Positions 9,873 through 20,700 of a DNA stretch of 64,000 nt are shown here, piece by piece; position 1 is the stretch's first letter; each line of letters starts with the position of its first letter. Source of the stretch: an uncultured Methanosarcinales archaeon (GTDB lineage Archaea; Nanobdellota; Nanobdellia; Woesearchaeales; CAZYIM01); contig CAZYIM010000001.1 of the NCBI GenBank assembly GCA_964647565.1, positions 1 through 64,000 on the forward strand, given 5' to 3'. The notes under the pieces were generated by a model. That model was not told the DNA's origin. It worked only from the letters and a program-made list of their open reading frames with translations, and ran no database searches. The position numbers and the translations under genes were made by a program.

Positions 9873-11762
9873 CTAATCTTGGTCAACAGAGATATCCCTT
9901 GATGAGATCGAGGATATAAATGCATTCAGTGAGTTTCTTATCTCTTTTCTTGTCACTATTCCTGCAACCTTGCCGTTCTCTACCACTATCAGCCTCCTCA
10001 ATTTTTTGGCGAGCATGAGCTTGTTGGTATCAACAGCACTTGCGTTCGAGGAAATTGTCATATATTGGACATTGAATATTTCTTGGACAGACTTGTTCTC
10101 AAAATTGTCTGGGAAATTGTAAAGATGCTCAATTACCTGCCTCTCTGTCAAGATACCCTCCACAGACTTGATTGGAATGATGCCTTCCCTGCCACCTTCA
10201 ACTACCAGTGCGCAGTCAGCGTCTTTCTGCCAGATAAGATTGAGGGCTCCTAGAATGTTATCAGATTTCTTTACAAATACAGGCGGCACCATGATATTCC
10301 TGAGTTCAGGAACACTTGTTTCATCAAACGCGTATTCATTAAAAAATCGATCATAGTGCTTTGCTATGCTTTTCTCAGTTACCAATCCTACCAATTCACC
10401 TCTTCTCATGACAGGAACCTGTCTTATCTTGAACATGTTGAACATCCGAATTATATCCTCAAATGTCGTGTGAGTTTTGACTGTCTTGATAGGATAACTC
10501 ATTATTGTAGTGGCAGGAACCTTGGTCAGATCACTGTTGAAATCAATCTTTCTTACCAGATCCTTCTCAGTGATTATGCCGATTATCTTTGAGCCATCAG
10601 TCACTAACACCACACTGCCTATATCCAGCATGATATGACATTCTATAACACCATGGATACTGTCGTTTCGGTTAATCTTGGTAATTTCCTTTTCCATAAT
10701 GGTCCCTGCAGTCAGGTGGTTGAGCTTGCCTAACTCCCGTCTTAATGGCATGGAGCCAAAGAAATTCTTGATGGCCTGAACCTTGTCAGCAGTCTGCCGT
10801 TTATATATAATGATCAAAACCGTAAGGATTATCATTACAGTCACAATTATTATCGGAATCAGGTACTTTTTCAGGAAAGATATCCGGACCTTTTCTTCTT
10901 CCTTGTTCTCAACTGAGGAATCATATCTTTCATAACCTGTTCCCTTAGGCCGGGGAGGACCCAGGTTCAATCTTACCTTATTGCCAGGACGAGCTCTTGT
11001 ATTAGCAGTATAGTTCATAGTCTTTGAGACTATCTTGACAGTGGAATTTTCCTCTGTCTTGACATCTGTCCTGTTAAAGATATAATATCCTTCTAAAGAC
11101 TCATTGCCTAATTTTTCTGCTTCTTCCTTAGTCAGGGTCTTGGTCTGATTCATGTGTGTGACATTATTCTCATCAGTCCATTCTAATGAAACATTCTCGC
11201 CGCCCAAGGGTGTGCCATTCATGTCTCTTAGCTGACCGAAGAAAAAACTGGGTTCTGTTTCACCAGGTTCACTTATATCATCAGGCAAGACAGATGAAAC
11301 CAGGTCATCAAGTTCAGGAGACCAGTCATAATCATCATATCCATCTCCAGAACCTCCGCCACCAGAGCTTCCGCCATCAAGCACTATGACAGGAACTGCC
11401 ACAGGTTGTCCACCAGGATTTGCATCCACCTTCCTGACAATGCCGTCTGCCTCAATTGTTATAGTGCTGTCATCTCTGGCAGTGATAAATCCCTTATTGA
11501 AAAAATAATAGCCTGCAAAATATTTGTCCCCTTCTGCAGTTTGTTCAATAGTTATGGTCGAATATGAGAGCTTGCTGCCTTCATAATCCACCCACTTGGC
11601 TTCGACATGTACTCCTGCCTTAGGAGTTCCGTCATAATCAACTATCTTGCCATACATAAAAGTAGGAAGTATAGGCCTGTCTGCCGATATAAGAGTTGTG
11701 AATGTTATTAGAAATAGTATCAAGAATAAAAAAATCCGTGATTTAATTATCAAGGCTCCCAT
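9873..11762 (-). CDS. Single-pass membrane protein: signal peptide, two extracellular beta-rich domains, TM helix, four CBS domains
   Basis: Hydrophobic N-terminus, TM segment YLIPIIIVTVMIILTVLIIIY, and CBS signatures GIITEKDL, GLVTEKSI, GILTERQV and GIVTRKEI. Confidence 0.85.
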   Translation of the reverse strand: MGALIIKSRIFLFLILFLITFTTLISADRPILPTFMYGKIVDYDGTPKAGVHVEAKWVDYEGSKLSYSTITIEQTAEGDKYFAGYYFFNKGFITARDDSTITIEADGIVRKVDANPGGQPVAVPVIVLDGGSSGGGGSGDGYDDYDWSPELDDLVSSVLPDDISEPGETEPSFFFGQLRDMNGTPLGGENVSLEWTDENNVTHMNQTKTLTKEEAEKLGNESLEGYYIFNRTDVKTEENSTVKIVSKTMNYTANTRARPGNKVRLNLGPPRPKGTGYERYDSSVENKEEEKVRISFLKKYLIPIIIVTVMIILTVLIIIYKRQTADKVQAIKNFFGSMPLRRELGKLNHLTAGTIMEKEITKINRNDSIHGVIECHIMLDIGSVVLVTDGSKIIGIITEKDLVRKIDFNSDLTKVPATTIMSYPIKTVKTHTTFEDIIRMFNMFKIRQVPVMRRGELVGLVTEKSIAKHYDRFFNEYAFDETSVPELRNIMVPPVFVKKSDNILGALNLIWQKDADCALVVEGGREGIIPIKSVEGILTERQVIEHLYNFPDNFENKSVQEIFNVQYMTISSNASAVDTNKLMLAKKLRRLIVVENGKVAGIVTRKEIRNSLNAFISSISSRDISVDQD

Positions 11763-14700
11763 TTTGTGCTATTGATCATGTCAATTAGATAACCTTTGCC
11801 AGCAGACATGGTGTCAAGAGTGTTAGGAGTATACACAGAGGAGTATCTTGCGTAGAGATTCCAGTTGTCTAGCGGGGCATTATAGCTATATATCCTGTAG
11901 AATTTATTATCTAAGGTTTCTAATGCAGAGCTAATTTCAGCATCTGAATCATATGGATAACCTATATAGTTCCAACCGCTTTGTAGCTGAATGTTAAAGC
12001 CTACAACCTCGAGTCCGCTTATGGTAAAGGTTGCTGTTTCAGACATCTCTATCCAATAGCCCTTACCTGGCTCAAGCTCTAAAAGATCATTAGGTTGATG
12101 GAATATGGTCCTTCTTGGATTGTAGACCATCCATTTTTCATTATTAGGATTGAAATAATAGACTTTAGAGTACTTGCCCTCAAGAGAATTAAGAACAGCC
12201 TCTATTGAATTATCCAGAGGATCCAATGGTATTGACATTAGGTTCCAGCCCTCAGTAAGTTCCATATTAAAGACAGTCAGGTTATCGACTGCAACAATTT
12301 CTGTCTGCTGGGCAATTCCCTGCCTACTATTGTTGGCAAGGTCGCTGACCCTAAATGTATATGTATAAACACCCTCTGCATAGTCTGAAGTGTCAAGCAA
12401 GAAAGAACAGGTACCATTAATAGCACCAACATCAAATCCGTTTACAACACCATCTGTAGTCCAGCTGCACTCTTCCCCTGTTGTTAAGCATACTGCACAG
12501 GACTGCAACAAGCCAATGCCTGCATCGCCAACACTCGCAAACAAGGTAACATTTCCAGCAATCCTAGAGCCGACCGGATTGACTTCCACCTCAGGAGGTG
12601 TTATGTCTGGTGTGATCTTGCTGACAGCAGCCACTTGAGTTTCTTCATTGCCTGCATCATCTACAGCAGTCACAGCATAATAATATGTTGTGCCCTCATC
12701 TAAATTAATATCTTGATAGTTATTGATCGTAGCATTAGCAATCAAAAGGATAAGATTGACCTCATCAAAAGGCTCTTTGGATCTGTAAACCTTATAATGG
12801 CTTAGGTCTCCTTCACCATTTGGAATCCAAGAAATGTTCAACTCAATCTTATCACCCATAGTTAAGACCTGCAAACCCTGGACCTGCGCAGGAGGTATTG
12901 TATCTGCAACAGTACCTGCAACAGAGGTGACATCGAAGTTCTCATTATCAAACTGGTCGACTGCAGTAACAGCATAATAATATGTCTGCATGCTTATAAG
13001 GTCGTTATCCTGGTATGTATTGACAGGGCTGCTGTCTAGCGGAGTCAGGTTCAAAACATTGCTGAATGGAGAGTCAGACTTGTATATATTATATTCAGCA
13101 ATATCTGTCTCAACATTGGATCTCCATGATAATAGCAATGAATTCTGGCCAGCCACAGGCTCAACAACCAGATCCTGCACAGGTTCTGGAGCCATCATAT
13201 CAACATCAAAGCTGATAAATGCCGAACCAATATTCAGCCCCATATCAGTACAATTGACAGCAATAGTATTAGACCCTTCAGATGCAAGGAAGGTCGTATT
13301 TCCATCGACTTCAACAACAGCTCCAGCATTCAACGAATAAGTGCAGCTGATTACATCTTCATTGACAATATAACTAAGTATTAATTCCCTTGTTCCATAA
13401 ACAACACTTACTGGATTAAGGATAGTGATTACTGGAGGCACTATGTCAGCTACTGTACCGCTGATAGATATCACATCAGAAAGTTCATTGCCTATAAGGT
13501 CAACAGCAGTGACAGCATAATGATAGGTTGCCTCATTGGTCAGGTTAACATCAAGGAAATTATTATTTTGGGTAGTTGCAACAGCTTGCATAGAGCTAAT
13601 ATCTGCAAAAGGAGTTGATGATCTGTAGATATTATAATGGTCAAGATCTGATGCACCGGACGCGAACCAGGCCAGATTGAGCGAAGCCTCTCTTGGTACA
13701 GGACTAACAGCCAGGCCCAATATCTGTTCGGGCGCTGTTGTATCCACATCAAAGGCGATCGGGAAAGACCATCCCTGATTACCGGCAAGGTCAAGACAGC
13801 TAACAGTCAGGTTATTCACTCCTTCATCTGCAGCGACTGTTGGCGCAACAGGATTGTATGCAGCATTGTTCAAACTGTAAGTGCAGGACGCGACCTCTTC
13901 ATCAGTTTCATAGGTTAATGGTATATCACTTACATCATAGATTTGATCTGTTGGAGATGTGATTGTTATGACAGGCGGTTCAATGTCTGCAACAGTGCCC
14001 ATCACAGAGTTGACATCCTGATTTTCATTTTCAGACATATCCACAGCAGTCACAGCATAATAATGTTCTGCACTGCTCTTTCGCCCAGTATCAGTATAGC
14101 TGGTCTGTTGTTGATCATCAATCGTTGCCACTTCCTCAATTTGTACAAAATCACCTGGATCATATATCTCTGTAGATTTGGTACCAGCAAGTGCCCCACC
14201 AGCAATGAATACTCTTCCATCACTCAACTTTATTGAATCATGATAGGCTCTCTCCCTAAACATGGTCTGGTTCATCATGGTAAATGTTTCAGTAACAGGA
14301 TCGAATAGTTCTGCAGTATTAAGATAGGTATCATCATAGTCCAGGCCTCCAAGTATCAATACCTTGCCGTTCTCTAGCAGATAGGCATCTGCACCAGTCC
14401 TAAGACCATTCAATTGACCAGAAGTCTCTGTAAAGGTATCAGTCACAGGATCATAAATCTCAGCAGTAGTCCCTCCGGGTTTTCCACCTGCAAGAAGCAC
14501 TCTTCCATCTGCCAAGATAGAAGTGGCCTGCCTACGTCTATTAGTGGTCATATTGGTGGACGTTGCTATAAAGTTGCCAGCTGCAGGATCATAAATCTCG
14601 CATCGGATATTATCACCTGCTAGGAAAACTTTTCCATTGTTTAACAGAACAGCTTCGTGGCCATCCCTATCATAGACCAGATCGCCTGTTTCCTCAAAGC

Positions 14701-17700
14701 ATCCTGTTGCAGGATTGTAAATCTCTGCCTTATCAGTGTAACCTCCAGCTATCAAGACCTTGCCATCTGGCAGCACAGTTACAGTATGGAAGAGATGATT
14801 ATGCTGCGGACCACACTCTTCGCTCAATATTGTAAAAAGCCCCTGCCCCTCAAGGGCATCCGGATCAAAGACCTCTGCACTTTTTTGCCTGTGTGTCTGA
14901 TAAAGTCCTCCGACTATCAGGACCTTTCCATCCTGCATGGTTGTAGCACTCGGATTCCTCCGGATCTGGTTCATGTATGGCCCATATGCAGAACTGCCTG
15001 CTTCCCCTTCATAAGTTTCAGGAAGTGTATACAATTCAGTGCTCTTAAGCCAATGGTATCCAAATATGGCAGAACTCCAATATCCGCCGACTATCAACAC
15101 CCGGCCATCATGCAATTCAGTGATTGCCAGGTCACGCCTGAAAGATCGCATATCAGTTGTTGAATAGAACTGACCCTGGTCATTTACATAATCAAGGCTC
15201 ACATCTGAGAAGCTCTTATTGGCCCTATATATTATATATTTCTGGAAATCCTCAGCAACACTCGGATCCCAGGATAGACTAAGAGAAGTGACTTGAGGAA
15301 TTGTTTCAACTACCAGACCAGTTATTGTATCTGGCGCAACCACATCTGCAACAGTACCAGATTCAGATAAGAGTGTCTTGTTTTCATTGTCAACAATATC
15401 AACAGCTGTTATTCCATAATAATATGTGGCCTCAGAAACAAGATTCATATCAGTAAACATGCTTACTTGAGAAGTGCCTATCGGTGTCATAAGGCTGACA
15501 TCGCTGAAAGGGGCATCAGACCTGTAAATATTGTAATGTTTCAGATCTCCAGGCACAGAGTCGTCCCAAGATAGATCTAGCCATGCCTTTTGAGGAATAG
15601 ATTCCACAGTAAGTCCAGTCACAGGTGCAGGAGCTGTTGTATCAGTATTAAAAAGCATAATCTCAGACTCACCCGGATTTCCAGATAGGTCAGTGCATAA
15701 GACCTTGATTGAGTTTTGGCCTTCATTTGCATTGATAGTCGGAGTGACTGGTAGTGCTTCTGCATAATTCAATGAGTAGCTACATGATGCCACAGGCTCA
15801 TCAGTATCATATGCAAGCTCTACTACTCTCGAATTATAAGGAGTCTGGTTGAGCGGAGCTGTAATGGTTATCACAGGAGGCAATAAGTCTGCTACAGTAC
15901 CTCCAACAGAATCAACCTGGGTCTCTTCATTTCCACTGTTGTCAACAACTGTAACCTTATATTGGTATGTTGCACCGTTAGTAAGATTAACATCAGTATA
16001 GGAGACAGAGTTGATATCCTGTACGCTATCTATCAATATCCAAGGACTTGAAGACCTGTATATATTGTAATGTGAGAAATCAGATGCATCTGTTGCCTGC
16101 CAAGAGATTTGAATTGAATGCTCTGTCTCTGAGGGCTCTACAACAACTTCAGCTACAGGTTCAGGAGGTAGATAATCCGCCACAGTTCCCAAAACAGAAG
16201 ACACCTGCTTCTTCTCATTGTCATAGTCATCGACAGCAGTCACAGCATAATGATATGTAGCTTCACTCTCTAATCCAATATCAATATAACTTGGCAGCAA
16301 TGAATTGGCAATTGCAGTCATTCCCTGGATATTAGAGATAGTATTCTCTGACCTGTAAATATTATAACTTGCAATATCTGGTGCATCACTTGGCAGCCAG
16401 GAGAGTGAAAGCTGGTTTTGTCCTGAAACACTCTCCACATTAAGACCTACAATCTGCGACGGAACCTCATTGTCAACATTAAACTGGACGCTGTCAAAGC
16501 CAGTGTTGTCTGATGTATCATTACAGATAAGTAATAAGTTATTTAATCCTTCAGCAGCAGTTATAGTTGTATAGTTCGAATATATGGTGCTAATCTCATT
16601 ATTAAGATTATAGGTACAGGCAGTTACGACTTCATTTGAACGGTAGATTAAGTCAATTTGGTTTGTCTCATAGAGCTGGTTGACTGGACTGATTATCTCA
16701 ATCTCTGGACCTATGACATCATCAACAGTCCCATTTGCAGAAACAACATTGTAGTTTTCATTGCCAAGACTGTCAACAGCAGTCACAGCATAATGATACG
16801 TCGCGCCGCTAACTAGATTATCATCCCAGAAAAGGTCTACGTAGGTACTCGAGATAGGAGTCATGTTTTGGACATTATTAAAGGCTTCTGATGATCTATA
16901 GATCTTATATAGAACACCCATTTCCTGACTCGAACCCCAATCAAGCAAGAGCTGGTCTTCACCAGGCACTTGATAGACAACAATACTAAATATTGGATCA
17001 GGAGCTACGCTGTCAACCACGAAATCCACTTCAGCAGTTCCTACATTGTTCGCTATATCTGCACAACTCAATATCAAAGAGTTGTTTCCTTGATATGCAT
17101 TTATAGTCTCTGAAACAGGAGTATCTGGTCCTTCATTAAGGACATAGTTGCACCAAGCAACTGATTCGCTGGTCTCATAGGTCAATGGAATCACCTGATT
17201 TGCATATTCCCTTACAGTTGGGGATGTTATTGTCACTATAGGTTTGACAGTATCTGCAACAGTACCATTCTTTGAGACAACAGCCTTGTTTTCATTGCCT
17301 GCTGTATCTACAGCAGTCACAGCATAATAGAAAGTGGCTCCGCTCTCCAGGCCAGTATCATTGATCCAGTTAGCTGTAGTGCTATACAAAGGCTCTACTC
17401 CAGTTACATCATTGAAGGGCTCGACACTTCTATATAAGTTGTACAATGCCAGATTCGAATCTGAACTTGGCGTCCACGAAACACTCAATAAATTCTGTCC
17501 GCCAACACTGAAAACATTCAAGTTGGATATAAGTTCAGGTGCATTATTGTCAACAGTCACCTGGACTGCCTGGCCAGTACCCCAATTATCGATCTGGTCC
17601 TGCACCCTGAAATTAACTATAAAGTTCATATCATCATAATCTGAGGTATCCCACTCAAACAGACATCTGCCGTCGTAATCTCCAGGCATGAAATCATTAG

Positions 17701-20700
17701 CAACATCCTGATCAGACCATTCACTGTCGCATACACCATCTGTACTGATGCATATTTCACAAGAAGGCTTCAATGGATTGGTCAGGTCAAAAACATCTGC
17801 AGATAGCAGGAATATTCCAAATATCATCGGAGGCGCATTGACTGTAACAGCGGGGGCAACACTATCGTTCACCCAGAAAGTCACAGATTCAGAGCTGCCA
17901 AGACCAACAACATCTGTCGCATAGACAATAAGGGTATTTTGGCCAAGGTTGGCTGTAATATTTATACGTTGATATTGATAGTCTGTGATTGTAACCAGAT
18001 CCTGATCATTCAGTTCAAATGCAGCCCATTGGATTTCCTCATTCACACTGTAGTTGAGATAAAGGAAAGGAGTAATGTAGTTGTCCTCTTGTGGAAAGTG
18101 TATTGTAATTTCAGGAGGTATCGTATCTACCATAATAGGTCCGCCCACCACTAAACTCGGACTGCCTCCGGGGTCAGCAGGGATAAATGGATTAGGCTCT
18201 GTAATATCGCCTGGAGAAGATAAGAATATCATTGTTCCTGGCTTTGCCTTGATCTCGCCAGAGCTAAAGAAATAATAGCCTACCAAGGACAAATTGCCCA
18301 TTGCTATTGCATCTTCTATAGTCATTGATGAAACTAAGGTATTATGATCAACTGTGTTGGTATCTGCCCAATGTGCATTTACAGGCACACCTTGGGCTGG
18401 CGTGCCGTTCGTAAATACCACCCTACCATAAAAGGTGGTCGGTAAGGCCGGCCTATAACGTGCATTGCCAGTTGTAAAAGTATAATAATGGCCATTGTTG
18501 TTTGCAATTGCCTTATTCCCAAACAAATCAGAGGAGATTACCTCAAATTTATAGTCAGTTTGGTGAAATAGTCCGCCAATAATAACAGAATGCTCAAGAG
18601 TTAGGCTTTCATCGTAGACCATAGAGTCATTAGCAGTAAAAATTCCAAAATTGACCAGACTGGTGCTGGCCTCATCAGTTGTCCAGGTAACCCTGGCAGT
18701 ATACGGTGTGATCTCATCAACAGAAATAGAACTGATTAGAGGAGCTGTTTCGTCAAAGTTGGTTGTAATGAAATGACTCTCGTTGTCAGTTTGATAAGTT
18801 ATATGTGCAGAACCGCTTACAAGAGTGATGTCTGAAACACCAGATACATCGTCAGTAATCTGCATCTGGCTTCGAATCACTACATTATTCTGGTCTAGTT
18901 TTATATAATAGAGGTTCTCAGCACCTTGAATAGTTTCAAGCCACAACAATTGAGCCTTGTTTTCTTGATCACAAGAAACCTCTGGGCTGGTTGCAGAACC
19001 ATTACTGGTTATATTTAGTGTTGAAAGCAGGATCCCCTCTTTGGTGAATCTGCCAAATACCACGTTATCATTGAGCAGCCAAGCTAAGCAGAGGTCTACG
19101 CTGACAGATACACTAGGATCAAATCCATATATCAATCCAGTCTCAAGATCCAGGTTCCCATTTTCCCTGTTTATCCTAATCAGCCTTATCTCATTAGTTG
19201 TACTTTTCTTATATACTATATATATAATATTCTCATGCTGGACAACACTAAAATCATTCATGTCAAGATCAGAACTGATCTGCTTGTCTGAAATCAGGTA
19301 TGCGCCTGCCTGGTCTATTTTCTTGAAGAAGAACTCAACATTGCCTGATCTGTCATCCAACCAAACAATATCCACAGACTCACCGCTAGCAAAAACAGCA
19401 GGTTGGATTGATTCAAACAAGTTATGGGTCACCCTCATCTCACTGATCAAAATATCGCCATTACTTGATAGTTTTGAATAATATATCTCTTTGTTTCCAT
19501 CCCGATCATCAACCCAGACTATATGGGCATTATTGGACGGATCTGTTGCAACTTGGGGATTATAGGAGTTATATAGATTGTTGGATATTCTATGATTATG
19601 GATTATCAGTTTTCCTACAGCATCAATCTTGCTGTAGTAAATCTCGCTGTTTCCGGCGTTGTTCTCTTCCCAGACAATATGCCTGTTATTAGCTGTGTCA
19701 ACCACAATATGGGGTTTTACTGATGGAGAATCATCAGCACCTGATGTGAGCACAGCATCTTCAGACCAGCTGATCAGCTCTTCAACATTTATTGTATAAT
19801 TGGCTGTTGCCAAGTTGCCTGTATGATCAAGAGTATTTAATAGGATCAAATGCTCGCCATAGATATCAGGCGCTATTACATCAATATTATATATTGTGCT
19901 CTGCGGATCAACCCTTTGCATCATCAAGGTCTGTCCAAAAATGCTTATATTCACGTAATTGACACCAAAATTATCAGAGACGTCTGCAGTCAAGGTGAAA
20001 TTTGCGAGTGCATCCACAATTGGAGGGAATGCCAGAATATTGATAGATGGGCCTGTCAAATCTACTATAGAGTGTTGTGATGGACTTTCTACAGTATTAT
20101 TGTTCATATCAGATATCCTAATTGAAACTGTGTAGTTGGCTTGAGTATAATTAGTCACATTCCAGAAATACGAACAAGTGCCTGAAAGATCTCCCACAAT
20201 AAAGCTCTGGTTCAGGCCATCTGTTGTCCATTCTGTGTCACATAGATTATCATTAGCAATGCAGATCTCACAGAAGGTAAGACCGTTATTGTCACCAACA
20301 ATTGCATGAAGTTGGACAGGTTCATTCAGGTATGGGGGAATATCATCCATTTCAATGGATGGAGGATTTGCATCCAACCTGCAAAAAAGATCAGTGGTTA
20401 AAGTATGCGCCCCTACACCACCTATCATTATTGCGTAGCTTCCATGATTCAATCCATCCAGTATCATGGAATCTGTCTGCCCAGCGGGTACAGTCATGTT
20501 CTGATCCCAGTTATTATCACACATATTAGGCATCAGCCTTACATACAGTTCCTTGTCATCTGTGGTCGCGGTAAGGGTCAGATTGACATTGCAGTCATCG
20601 CCTGTCAATGTAAAATAAAGATATTTTTCCTCGTAGCCTTCAACATAAGAACCTCCTGAATACAACCCGGTGTTGGCTATATCATGCTGGAATTGGTTCC

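Noticed and set aside
12663..17330. Recurring ACAGCAGTCACAGCATAAT-like sequence as a possible CRISPR or DNA repeat array
   Set aside because: It is the coding sequence of the YAVTAV motif in the FN3 repeats, and spacing is hundreds of bp and irregular.
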